Virus record (IMG/VR): IMGVR_UViG_3300013137_000024 | Location: 1 to 56,603 of that record | DNA: 56,603 nucleotides | Reading direction: 5' to 3' (one strand) | From: a virus | Lineage: Duplodnaviria > Caudoviricetes | Shown: piece by piece, positions 38,340 through 48,390 of the stretch | Position numbering within the stretch: position 1 is the first letter of the stretch | Layout of the letters: every line of letters starts with the position of its first letter | Notes under the pieces: generated by a model | What the model saw: the letters and a program-made list of their open reading frames with translations, nothing else | Told to the model about the DNA's origin: nothing | The model's database searches: none | Translations under genes and position numbers: made by a program

Positions 38340-41191
38340 TGGCTGCCGGACAGTGGGGGACGATTGAGATCCAAGTACCCGATTTTCTGGAACCCATCCG
38401 GGATGCTATCAATTTTGTGGCTGAGTTTCTGGTGGCGGTGTTGGATATCGTTTTGGCTGCTCTTCAGCTAGTCAAAGCCTATCTTGTTGGATTTCTGGAT
38501 CCTATCCTCGCATTCCTTCAGCAGATCATTGATTACATAACGACACTACTAAGAGATTTACGACAACTGGGTTTGTATATCACAGGGGATTGGAAGCAAC
38601 TCGAGTATCCTTTCGGAGAATTGCGCGGGGGATACCAGGCTTACGAACAACGAATGATCGCTCGTATGGCAGACCGGACTGACCCCACCCGGCCGGATCT
38701 GTCTGCCAATACCAAGATGTTCAGTTTGTGGTTCTATCTCTCGGTAGACATTTCTGACATTGAACGCCTTATTGAGTTTGTCCGACAGCTCATGCAATTT
38801 TTCGGACACCGGTTCAATCCGGTAGGGACTCCACCGATTCCGTCTATTACGAGTGTCACATACAACGCTGATGCCATTTCGATTCTGCAGCCTCAGGTAA
38901 TGGGTGAATATTTCAAGAAGAATCTGGGATTGCCCTCGGTGGCCGTTGTCAAATGGAAAGTTAACTCAACGGCTTCGACCAATTTGTTCAATCCGTTCCC
39001 GGCTCTACCTCCGGATGGATTCATTGTCACGGTATCGACCTTCCCTGATGGGATCCCGGTTTTTTATGACAGGCCTCAAGGCGGGGCAGGGACTCATCCC
39101 AGTGCCTACGATTCCACCAAACGGGTCCAACCTCGGGACTCGGGTCGGGTCTACGGGCCAACATCCCAACCTCTTGTGCTCCATGGCGGGGCCGAGATGT
39201 TGGCTTTCTTTGGGGATCAATATGGTTATAACGCTTCTATGAACAAGGGGGTGGTGAAACCCAATCGCACCAGAGCGTATGGGGTTCTCTCCCCGAGTGC
39301 CCGAACGGTTGTCCCCCTCGAATTCTTGGAAACCTCTGGTTGGTACAACTTCCAACGGACCTTCTATGTGTCTTCCGCCATGCGTGGAACCCAATTCATG
39401 TCCGGTGAGTTCCAACTGGCTTTGTCCCTGAATGACATGCCACGTTCGGCATCTATCGTGGCCAATCCAGATGGAACGATGTCCATCGTTCCATCTGAAG
39501 AACATACTTCGTTGGTGTACGTCCGAGTCGCTTCTTGCACCAAGAACGTGGCTAACCAGAACCCAAGGTTCAAATACGATTTCACTACTTTGGCCAGTGC
39601 CCCATCTCCGACATCTCTGGTGTGGCGGGTGGCAACCACTGTTCCGGCTAACTCGGTGAGTCCTTTCTCGGCCCCCGCCAGGGTTCTTTTCCCAAACGCT
39701 AACACGGTCAAATATTTCGAAGCGGTTCAGACGGCATTGATTATCCTGGCTTTGTGCCGCCCCGATTTTCAAACCCTGGCTGAGATCCTGCCAAACCTCC
39801 CGCAAGAAACTCGGGATCTTATTGAACATAACAAGCTCATCCTTCGGGACATTGCCGCGAAACCCTGTGGTTTGGAGACCTTCCAGCATCTCGTAGGGTT
39901 CGTGTTCAAGGATCCGGCCAAAGAGTATGCTGCCAAAGGAGTGTTTCCCCTCGAGTTCCGCCAACATGTTTTCGACAAGACGCAACAATTGGTCTATGAC
40001 TTGTATGACAAAACGGGCCCAATGCCCGATGTTGAACGGTCTGTGGTTCTTCGCACGGAGAAACTCCGTTGCGTGAAAATGTCGGAGTTATCGGTGGATG
40101 TTCCCTCGAACTTGAGGGACTACACTCTTCTTCAGATGTTCAATACCTCACAAGGGGGCCAGGTCCTGGATAGTGGGTTTGCCCTCAATCGGTATTCTAT
40201 GGGCGTCCCCGAGGACATCTCGGACCAACTCCTGGATCAAGCCGGGGTTTACCAGATGCGGACTCCGCAATTCATGGAAGCCCCCATGAATCCCACTGAC
40301 GATTCGACTTTTGATGTGGGAGAACGATATTTCCCCACGGATGCGGCCTATCAAACCGCTTTAGAAGCGGCAGGTCCGGGACTCAAGATCATCTATGAGC
40401 ATGCCCAACGTGATCCCGCTGGGGGATGGATTGTTCCATCCGAGTATCTGCCTTTCCTCGATCGGATCAGTCGGGGTGGGATGCAAGGCTCTGCCGATGA
40501 TGATGCTCCCGTGTTCTACATCAATCGAAGCGGGCTCAACGAAGGATTCACTCCGGTCCCTTCCAAACGGGCCGTGTTGTTTGCCCGGGGGATGCTGACA
40601 GACTATCGAGGGGGTCAACTCCTGTCCGAAGCTTTGTTCGCCCTGAGTGCTGCCGGTTCTGTTGTGAACCGGTCCCCAAAGGACGGTGAATGGCTTGCCT
40701 ATCGGTTCATGGATTCACTCGTAGGTATCGAAGATTTCCTTTGGGCTTTGGAGAACTGGTTGCAATCCATCAAGAATGCTATTCAGTCTATCATAGACAC
40801 GATCAGGAAGTACATCGAGTACCTCGAAGCCCGCATCATCGAGATGCAACAGTTCATCCGGAGGATCAATGACCTCATTCAATCGATTCTTCAGAACATC
40901 TTTGTGATACCCAAATGTTCCGCCATGATGTTGTATTCCAATGGAACGGGGGGAATGCTTGCCGATTTCGTGGCGGCCAAAAACAAGCCTGCTGATTCCC
41001 CATTGGCTTTTGGAGCGGGTGTGGGGGTGGTATTCCCGATTCCGCTCATTGGTTTGATTGGGGACATTCTCATGGCTCTGTTCAACACGGATGCGGAGGC
41101 GCCGGATGGCATCGCTGGACCTTTGCCGCCTCCGGCGGTCATCCCGAATCCACCCCAACCGATTGATCCGGTGGAACCTGATGTTTTGTGA
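38339..41191 (+). CDS. Hypothetical structural protein with amphipathic helical termini
   Basis: GGAGG and TAATG coupling. N-terminal FLVAVLDIVLAALQLVKAYLVGFLDPILAFLQQIID and C-terminal WLQSIKNAIQSIIDTIRKYIEYLEARI helices. Confidence 0.7.
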   Translation: MAAGQWGTIEIQVPDFLEPIRDAINFVAEFLVAVLDIVLAALQLVKAYLVGFLDPILAFLQQIIDYITTLLRDLRQLGLYITGDWKQLEYPFGELRGGYQAYEQRMIARMADRTDPTRPDLSANTKMFSLWFYLSVDISDIERLIEFVRQLMQFFGHRFNPVGTPPIPSITSVTYNADAISILQPQVMGEYFKKNLGLPSVAVVKWKVNSTASTNLFNPFPALPPDGFIVTVSTFPDGIPVFYDRPQGGAGTHPSAYDSTKRVQPRDSGRVYGPTSQPLVLHGGAEMLAFFGDQYGYNASMNKGVVKPNRTRAYGVLSPSARTVVPLEFLETSGWYNFQRTFYVSSAMRGTQFMSGEFQLALSLNDMPRSASIVANPDGTMSIVPSEEHTSLVYVRVASCTKNVANQNPRFKYDFTTLASAPSPTSLVWRVATTVPANSVSPFSAPARVLFPNANTVKYFEAVQTALIILALCRPDFQTLAEILPNLPQETRDLIEHNKLILRDIAAKPCGLETFQHLVGFVFKDPAKEYAAKGVFPLEFRQHVFDKTQQLVYDLYDKTGPMPDVERSVVLRTEKLRCVKMSELSVDVPSNLRDYTLLQMFNTSQGGQVLDSGFALNRYSMGVPEDISDQLLDQAGVYQMRTPQFMEAPMNPTDDSTFDVGERYFPTDAAYQTALEAAGPGLKIIYEHAQRDPAGGWIVPSEYLPFLDRISRGGMQGSADDDAPVFYINRSGLNEGFTPVPSKRAVLFARGMLTDYRGGQLLSEALFALSAAGSVVNRSPKDGEWLAYRFMDSLVGIEDFLWALENWLQSIKNAIQSIIDTIRKYIEYLEARIIEMQQFIRRINDLIQSILQNIFVIPKCSAMMLYSNGTGGMLADFVAAKNKPADSPLAFGAGVGVVFPIPLIGLIGDILMALFNTDAEAPDGIAGPLPPPAVIPNPPQPIDPVEPDVL

Positions 41192-41200
41192 GGTGCTGGC

Positions 41201-42094
41201 ATGACTTTCGACAAGATGAGTGTTTGGCCCACGGGCTATTTTCGATCCACCACCTCGTGGTTGTTGCAAGCACGTCGGGATGTTCCCAAACGTTTGGCTG
41301 TGATCAATGCTGAAATTCAAAGGATTGGATTCGTGACCGTGACCTATCGGACTCAGTCCCAAGGGGATAGCGTCATGGCTACCGAAGAACGGGTTGGGAT
41401 ATCGGTGACTCATGGGTCCTCTCTGGGACGATTACTCCAAGCGTACATTGCTCAGGGGGGGAATCCTTTCGACATCTCTCCATTTTCACATTTGAAAGGA
41501 CGCCAGATTGTCAGTGTCGATGCGGACGGCAACCAGACCATTTCGGACACCTATCCCAACGGTGGAGTGGTAGCTCCCATCTCCGTCAATTACAATGACC
41601 CTCTCCCAATCAGAGGCGAAGACACCGGATTCGGGACCTATCGAGGAGGTTACCTGAAGACAGATCGGTATTTCCCGCCGAGGCAGGGGGGAAAAATGGA
41701 TCGGGGCAGTACGGACTCCGACATTGTGGTTCGGACCATGCAGCAGATTCGGGGGTGGGCCAACCAGGATATCAAAGAACGTTTGCAAAACATTGAATGG
41801 CGAATCATCAAACTATGTGACCTTCGGGAACAACTAGAAAAAGAGCGGGATGAAATCCTGGTTCAAGCCTTGGGTGGGGGTTCAGTTATAGAAGTCGGGC
41901 AGTTGGATCCGGTTCGATTCAATCCTGGGTTGCAGATTCAAGTGCTCATCCAAGACATGAATCAAATCCTGTTTGAGATGGCCGAAGATGGTTCGGTTCC
42001 TTCGTATGGACAGCCCAATGCAACTTTGAATTTCCTCGGGTTCACTTTCCGAGATGCAGTGTCAGAAGTAGCTCGAGATGCCATGGGATGTTGA
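41201..42094 (+). CDS. Hypothetical protein
   Basis: GAGG RBS, 297 aa, coiled-coil segment IKERLQNIEWRIIKLCDLREQLEKERDE. Confidence 0.65.
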   Translation: MTFDKMSVWPTGYFRSTTSWLLQARRDVPKRLAVINAEIQRIGFVTVTYRTQSQGDSVMATEERVGISVTHGSSLGRLLQAYIAQGGNPFDISPFSHLKGRQIVSVDADGNQTISDTYPNGGVVAPISVNYNDPLPIRGEDTGFGTYRGGYLKTDRYFPPRQGGKMDRGSTDSDIVVRTMQQIRGWANQDIKERLQNIEWRIIKLCDLREQLEKERDEILVQALGGGSVIEVGQLDPVRFNPGLQIQVLIQDMNQILFEMAEDGSVPSYGQPNATLNFLGFTFRDAVSEVARDAMGC

Positions 42095-42139
42095 TTCGGT
42101 GCTTTGTCAATAGTCTGACCCTGAGGGGAGGTTTGCGCT

Positions 42140-43270
42140 GTGTCCCAGGATGTTCGACTCGGTTGGCCATGTCCGCATCAGACTCTGGAAGAGGTGGTGC
42201 ATCTCGACCAGGACAGAAGAAGCCTTTACACTCGTCAACCCATTGGTGGCGTTGGGACGGTACGAATCACGGTCAATGATGAACTGCTGATCCCCCAAGG
42301 GGGTTTGTTCTCTCCGGCCCAACTGTACGGTGCTCTATCTGGACCTTTCGAACTTGTAGAAGATGAAGATATCCTGACCGTGACTACCTCGGCCGGCACG
42401 GATTCTATTTCGTTTCAGATTCGGGGCATCGTGAGGCTGAGTTCTTCTGACGTTCTCCAGCGCATCCGGGCGGGGATCTCAACGTCCAAGGCCAACATGG
42501 AGACGGAAAATGGGCATCTCCTGTTCACGGACACCACGGCCATAGGACCCGATGCATTTGTGCAGATTGGGGGAACGGCCGCCGCGGCATTGGGGTTCGG
42601 AAATGGTTATCAGCAGGTCACCCACGGCAAAATGGTCTATCCTGGTTGGGGTGTCTATGATAGGCCCATCGAAAGTAAAATCGATGCCCAAAGTGTGTTC
42701 CGGTATCCCAAATTTGCTTTGCCGGTGCGTACCAATCCGGTTTTCAAGGTCTCTTATACGGTTCCCCCCAATCGGTGTCTCCGATGCCGTGGGGGTTACG
42801 TCGAGAATGATCTGAGGCTTGACCCCACAGGTCAGACCATCATGGTTCAGAATGAAGACCTTCTCTACCAAGCGGCTTTGAAGATCATACTGACGGACAG
42901 GGGCAGCAATCCTTACCAGCCCTGGTATGGGACTCAATTGAGATCCCGCATCGGATCAAAGATCCTGGCAGGTGCTGCCGCAATGATCAGTGAAGATGTC
43001 CGTCAGGCCCTGGCCCGGTTTCAATCGTTGCAAGAAGCCCAGTCCAAGTACCAGAAGGTTACTTACAAAGAACGGCTGTACACGGTTCTGAGCGTGAATG
43101 TGAAACCTCATGTACAGAATCTGACTGCTTTCACTGTCGAAATTGTTGTCCAGAACGCATCCGGAGAGCCGGTTAATCTGACAACAGTGTTTACAGTTCC
43201 CGGTGTTGTAGCATTGATGGGTTCCAATGGATTGGCCTTGGGAACCCAATGGGCCGGAGTGGTGAAGTAA
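42140..43270 (+). CDS. Baseplate wedge gp25/gpW-like protein with N-terminal extension
   Basis: C-terminal DLRLDPTGQ...EDLLYQAALKIILTDRGSNPYQPWYGTQLRSRIG is the gp25/W signature. GGGGAGG precedes GTG 42140. Confidence 0.8.
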   Translation: MSQDVRLGWPCPHQTLEEVVHLDQDRRSLYTRQPIGGVGTVRITVNDELLIPQGGLFSPAQLYGALSGPFELVEDEDILTVTTSAGTDSISFQIRGIVRLSSSDVLQRIRAGISTSKANMETENGHLLFTDTTAIGPDAFVQIGGTAAAALGFGNGYQQVTHGKMVYPGWGVYDRPIESKIDAQSVFRYPKFALPVRTNPVFKVSYTVPPNRCLRCRGGYVENDLRLDPTGQTIMVQNEDLLYQAALKIILTDRGSNPYQPWYGTQLRSRIGSKILAGAAAMISEDVRQALARFQSLQEAQSKYQKVTYKERLYTVLSVNVKPHVQNLTAFTVEIVVQNASGEPVNLTTVFTVPGVVALMGSNGLALGTQWAGVVK

Positions 43271-46200
43271 ATGGCAATGTCCCCCCAAATTCTCGGACCC
43301 GATGGTCAGTACCGAACAACCTTTGCATATTCTACTGACACGGCCGATCAGTTTTTCTCGGGGCGATGTGACCCGGACACAGCAGATATGCAGATTGCGC
43401 TGCGAAGTGACGATTTTCAGTCTGATCCGGATCTTGTAACTTTTGAGGGTGAGACCTTCATCATCCCCAATCCCGCTGTATACCCTGATGGAATCACCCT
43501 TCTCCCCGGGTCCAATCTGATTCAAGTGCGTTCGGTATTGTCCAATGGGGACAGCACTTCACCGGCCAGTTTGGATATCACGCTGTCTCTTGAACGTGAT
43601 GTCAAATCGGGTGTTCTTGCCCCCACAGATGTCTCTGTGGAACGAATGGATCGCACGGTAAAGATTGCTGTCCGTGGCGGAACTGATCCTGCCATCATGG
43701 GGTACAACGTTTATGGTTCTGCGGCCCCTGGCGGGGGTCTAACCGGGTACAAACGAATCAACCCTTCCCTGATAACAGCCGGGGCAACAGAAGATGCCAC
43801 CAGCACTCTTGGGGAAATGACCGCCGACGCTGTTGTGGCAACCAATCCGGATGGGACCCCGATAGCGGATCCAACGTACCTTCAGGTTCTAGGGGTGGAA
43901 ACCAGTCGTCCCGTTGCTTCAGATCTTCTTGGGGACACTCTTAGCATTCCCGAAGTAATCAAGACCGATTACCACCAGGTGATAGTCATTCCCGATACTA
44001 CGAGCCGAGTACGGACTATTTTGACTGTCGAATCTGTAGATACAGTGCAAATCTATTCGTTTGTCCATGACCGGAGATCTGTCGCCACGTCATCTCTGAA
44101 CCCGGCCATTCCCAACTCTGAGTTCTTGACCCTGGCGGATTCGGACCCCATTTATTATGTTGTCACTGCGTTGTATCTGATTGACAACCAACAGTATGAA
44201 TCCCCATATTCGCCCGAATTGGCAGCTGCACCATTGGTGGTGACTCCGGTCATTGCATCTCTTCCTTCGGTGTCGCATGCCCAGATCGTACAAGACTTCT
44301 CGTTGTCCATTTTCCGGACACATCCTGAGGCGGGGATTGCACCAGGATCATTTCTTCGAGACACCACGATTGATCCATTTGCCACCGAAGCTGAACGCAT
44401 CCGATTCATTGTTGGGTTTGTGCAGAACTGTCAATCGTTCGCCACTCTTCTGGCAATCGATGATCCGGGATATACGGGGACATCGGTTCCGGTGGCTCAA
44501 TCCCCTTATAAACAAGCTATCAAACAGGCTTTTTATCTTCAATCGGATCAGGATGTTCAGAACATCATTGACAATGCTTTCGACCGATTGGCTTCATCTA
44601 GGGGTCAGACTCGGTCTTCAGGTAAACGTTCTCGGGGAGAAGTGACCATCTATACGATTTTCCGGCCTACAACCACCTACAACATTCCTATCGGGACTGC
44701 CATGACAGGTGGTGGAATCACTATTCGTAGTACCTCCACGGGACAGATTACATCGACAGGGGCCGGGAGTTCTTACAATCCGGCAACGGGTCGGTATATG
44801 ACCCGGGTTTTCGTACAAGCAGATCAACCCGGAACTGCTGGAAATGTGGCAGAAGGTCAAATCCGAACCTTGATGAACGGTTCGGCGGGGCTCCAGGTAA
44901 TCAATGAAACCAAACTCTATGGGGGATACAACGCCGAAAGCAATCGGGACCTGGCTGTTCGATGTGATCGAATCATCGCTTCGGTTGATTCAGGTACGGC
45001 CGAGGGCCTGTACCAACGAGCGATTGGGGTGCCCGGTGTTCGGGAGGTCAATATTGTTGGGGCTGGTAATTCATTGATGATGCGCGACCTCGATGCTACC
45101 GGTCGGCATACCGGAGGCAAAGTCGATATCTGGCTCCGAGGAGACAACCTTGCTCGGATTACAGACAGGTTTGCTTTCTCGTTTGAATTGGTGATCAACG
45201 GGCAATTCGAGCCCGTGGGCTCACTGAACGATTTGCGTTTCCGGGTCATCAATGAATCGGTGACCGAATCCAACCCCATCATTCAGATGATAGAGAACGC
45301 GGCGTGGGGTTACGTGTTCAAAGATCTCGATACTGGTAAGGTGTTCGATCTTACTGATGTGCTGATTGAAAGTCCGGATACCATCGTGTTGTCTCCGGAT
45401 TACAACACTCCCGCGAGTGTCAGTCTGACAGATCGTTTTGTCGGAACTTACAGGTTCCGCACAAGTGACAAGCATGTTTTCGCGCGGCAACCGGTGGATT
45501 CAATCGTGTCCTTGGTGGGAGACCAATCTGGTGTCATTCTGTCAAGCGACTATGCTTTGTACCCCGGGAGTGTCCCCCTTGAGTTAGGCCGTTCAATCGA
45601 AGCCGGGGACTATCTTCAGGTTTCCACGGATGCCACGATTCCGTCTTCTGAGGCCCTGTCCACTCCTTCTACGGGAGAATCCCACACACTCATAGACCGA
45701 ACAGAATACCTCAACAATTTGGGGATCAATCCCATTACGGTCAGGGTGTGGGACACCCAACGGGTTACCGAATATTACGGTCCCTACTATCCCACAAGTT
45801 CTCCTGATTTCAGTTTCATCCCCGAGATGGGGGAAACGCCTCTGGCTTTGTATCTCACTGCGGGGTCACGTCTTGAAGCAGGTATGACGGTATTGGTGGA
45901 TTACGAATACGATGAGAACTTCACTGTAACCTACGTCACTGATTCGATGGTGAGCAGTGTTCAGAACGCCATGGATCCTCATCTTCATGTTACGGCCGAT
46001 ATCTTGTCGAAAGATGCCTTGGCGACGGGGATAGATCTCGAAGCCACTATCGTTTTGCAACCGGGATACACCCAATCCTCTGTGGATGGGCCGGTTCGTA
46101 CTGCTCTGGCTCGTTTTTTTGGTTCTTTGAAGTTGGGTCAGGCTTTGAGACAATCCGATGTCGTGGGCGTGATCGAATCAGTGATGGGTGTCTCCTATGT

Positions 46201-46810
46201 GGTAATTCCTATCATACGGATGACCAAAACCGATGGTTCTATGGTTCTCCGTGAGGATATTGTTACAACCAATGCTAAAACGGACTACACTTTTATTGAA
46301 CCCTGGTCCACGGTCGCTGTAGATGTCTATCTCTTAACCAACCCCCTGAGTTATGGAACTGTGGGCGGGGGTGGGAATCTGAATGACTCCAAAGGGGTTT
46401 TTGTCACCACTTTGGACCCCAACCTGGTGCCTCATACGATTGACTTGGAATGCTACTCGGCACCCCCAAATCCCAACGGGATTCCCATCAGGGAAGTGTC
46501 CAATGCGGCTTTCATCATTGGAAATGAAGGACTGTGGATTCCCGGATACAGCGACGACGACACACTCAAACAGAGATATCCTTTTGCAACGGATGAAGAA
46601 CGTTCTTTGCATCGGGTGCAGATAACCGCAAATCGGGTTTTGGTGGCGTTGCCCAAAGGCACAGTGCCCAGCGAAGGTACTTATCAGTTAACCTATGTGG
46701 TTTATGGTGATTCCGGGGTCAAGAACATTGAACCCAGTGCGGTGGAATATCTTGAGTTGGGCACCTTGAACTTCGTGTATGACGAAGATCGTTGTGGCAG
46801 GAGGGTTTGA
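43271..46810 (+). CDS. Baseplate J-like (gp6/gpJ) wedge protein, enlarged
   Basis: PGSFLRDTTIDPFA, SRGEVTIY...IPIGT, QPGTAGNVAEGQI, GGYNAESNRDLAVR, GGKVDIW and LGQALRQSDVVGVIESVMGVSYV are baseplate-J motifs. Follows the gp25-like gene. Confidence 0.85.
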   Translation: MAMSPQILGPDGQYRTTFAYSTDTADQFFSGRCDPDTADMQIALRSDDFQSDPDLVTFEGETFIIPNPAVYPDGITLLPGSNLIQVRSVLSNGDSTSPASLDITLSLERDVKSGVLAPTDVSVERMDRTVKIAVRGGTDPAIMGYNVYGSAAPGGGLTGYKRINPSLITAGATEDATSTLGEMTADAVVATNPDGTPIADPTYLQVLGVETSRPVASDLLGDTLSIPEVIKTDYHQVIVIPDTTSRVRTILTVESVDTVQIYSFVHDRRSVATSSLNPAIPNSEFLTLADSDPIYYVVTALYLIDNQQYESPYSPELAAAPLVVTPVIASLPSVSHAQIVQDFSLSIFRTHPEAGIAPGSFLRDTTIDPFATEAERIRFIVGFVQNCQSFATLLAIDDPGYTGTSVPVAQSPYKQAIKQAFYLQSDQDVQNIIDNAFDRLASSRGQTRSSGKRSRGEVTIYTIFRPTTTYNIPIGTAMTGGGITIRSTSTGQITSTGAGSSYNPATGRYMTRVFVQADQPGTAGNVAEGQIRTLMNGSAGLQVINETKLYGGYNAESNRDLAVRCDRIIASVDSGTAEGLYQRAIGVPGVREVNIVGAGNSLMMRDLDATGRHTGGKVDIWLRGDNLARITDRFAFSFELVINGQFEPVGSLNDLRFRVINESVTESNPIIQMIENAAWGYVFKDLDTGKVFDLTDVLIESPDTIVLSPDYNTPASVSLTDRFVGTYRFRTSDKHVFARQPVDSIVSLVGDQSGVILSSDYALYPGSVPLELGRSIEAGDYLQVSTDATIPSSEALSTPSTGESHTLIDRTEYLNNLGINPITVRVWDTQRVTEYYGPYYPTSSPDFSFIPEMGETPLALYLTAGSRLEAGMTVLVDYEYDENFTVTYVTDSMVSSVQNAMDPHLHVTADILSKDALATGIDLEATIVLQPGYTQSSVDGPVRTALARFFGSLKLGQALRQSDVVGVIESVMGVSYVVIPIIRMTKTDGSMVLREDIVTTNAKTDYTFIEPWSTVAVDVYLLTNPLSYGTVGGGGNLNDSKGVFVTTLDPNLVPHTIDLECYSAPPNPNGIPIREVSNAAFIIGNEGLWIPGYSDDDTLKQRYPFATDEERSLHRVQITANRVLVALPKGTVPSEGTYQLTYVVYGDSGVKNIEPSAVEYLELGTLNFVYDEDRCGRRV

Positions 46811-46812
46811 CT

Positions 46813-48384
46813 GTGATCGCAGATCCCAAGGATATCCTGCCAGGAATGGACCCTCAAAATCCAGCCCCATTCACGGCCAAGACCCAGGATCATATGACGG
46901 CTGTCAGGTCTCAGGTGGACCGTATCGTGGCCGAGCTCATGCGGGTTCTCCCTTCCAACTATGTGTCCCAGACGACAGGACCTTTCTACACCATGGAATT
47001 CCAGGCGGCCGCTGAGCAATTGGCAGAATTTCAAATCACGGCCCAAGAACTGTTGGCGGATTGGTCTACCGATTTCACTAGGTCTGAAGTTTTGTTCCAA
47101 ATTTTGGGGGCGTTGGTCTTTCCCAATGCCACAACCGCAGACGGATGGCCCCAAATCAGCGGTGACGTGTCCTACAGAACTTTCCTGCAACGAATGGTAA
47201 CCTTGCTCCTCCAAGGATCAACCAAAGACTCAGTGAAAGGGGGGGTGGAGGCACTGACCAACGCCACGGTAGAAATCATTGAACGGGCGTTGGCTGCTCG
47301 ACAGATGAAAACAGGATGCGCTTGGGGGCCCGCGGATCAATTTACTTTCGAGATTAATGTCAGTGACCAGCGGCCACTCGAAGTTACGGGGGAAACGCAT
47401 ACCTTCACTGGATATACGGAATCCTTGAATTATCTGGGGATTGATGCCCAAACTGTTCAGGTATTCAGCCTAGACAGGTCTATTCGTTATTACGGTCCTT
47501 CCGACTTTGGGGTCACCCAGGATTTTGATTTGATCTCGGAGATGGGTTCGACTCCGTTGATGTTGGAACTTACCCCCGAATCTCGTCTTGTGATTGGTTC
47601 TTCTGTCCTGGTCGATTACATTAGGCACATCCCCAGCTTTCCTGCTAACCCATTCACATTACAACACAATGTTCAGATTGTTTTGCGGGCATTGAGACCT
47701 GCACACACTTTGTACGACTATCGGTATCTTTTCCGTGAGATCATGTCCTCTTTGATTCAAGCTGATGTGCAAGTCTGGGACATGTCCCGGTTTGAGTACG
47801 AGGACTCCCGTAGGTATTGGCTGGGGGTATATGCCATTACGGGTTCCGATGGGGTGACTCTTTCTGACAGGTCCCTTTTCAGGGATTACTCTCGAGATTT
47901 CAGTGCCGTACCTACGGGGGCGACACTCAGTGTCTTGACGGGGGCCAATCAAGGGGAATATCAGGTGCAAGAAGTCCGAGTATTCCCGGTGGGGGATGAC
48001 CCAACCCCAAGATTGTATACAACTATTCCGACCGGGTTGACGGGGTATGCCACGGTGCTGGGTTCAGATGTGTTTGACATCGATCCCACACATGATTTCT
48101 CGGCCATTGAAGAAAATGAGATCCTGGTATTTCATACCGGACCCAATGCTGGGAGCTATCGGATCAGCGTTCTTTTGGGTCTAAATGGTGGTGTGGTGGG
48201 CCAGTTCTCTCCTCCACCGGGGTCCCAATACACGAGTGTTCGATTGTCGGCTTCTCTGTTGCGGGTGAAGGGCTGGATGTCTTCGGCTGCCCGTAATCAA
48301 GAGTACCGGGTCACGGTAGACCGATTGGGGGTTCAAAGTCCCAATCATGAAAATGAAGATGCCAGTGCTTTTTTTTGTAGGTGA
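46813..48384 (+). CDS. Baseplate wedge gpI/gp7-like protein
   Basis: LPSNY, LFQILGALV, YRTFLQRMVTLLLQGSTKDSV...FTFEINV and LRALRPAHTLY fit a wedge gpI-type protein downstream of J. GGAGGG precedes GTG 46813. Confidence 0.65.
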   Translation: MIADPKDILPGMDPQNPAPFTAKTQDHMTAVRSQVDRIVAELMRVLPSNYVSQTTGPFYTMEFQAAAEQLAEFQITAQELLADWSTDFTRSEVLFQILGALVFPNATTADGWPQISGDVSYRTFLQRMVTLLLQGSTKDSVKGGVEALTNATVEIIERALAARQMKTGCAWGPADQFTFEINVSDQRPLEVTGETHTFTGYTESLNYLGIDAQTVQVFSLDRSIRYYGPSDFGVTQDFDLISEMGSTPLMLELTPESRLVIGSSVLVDYIRHIPSFPANPFTLQHNVQIVLRALRPAHTLYDYRYLFREIMSSLIQADVQVWDMSRFEYEDSRRYWLGVYAITGSDGVTLSDRSLFRDYSRDFSAVPTGATLSVLTGANQGEYQVQEVRVFPVGDDPTPRLYTTIPTGLTGYATVLGSDVFDIDPTHDFSAIEENEILVFHTGPNAGSYRISVLLGLNGGVVGQFSPPPGSQYTSVRLSASLLRVKGWMSSAARNQEYRVTVDRLGVQSPNHENEDASAFFCR

Positions 48385-48390
48385 TTCCCA

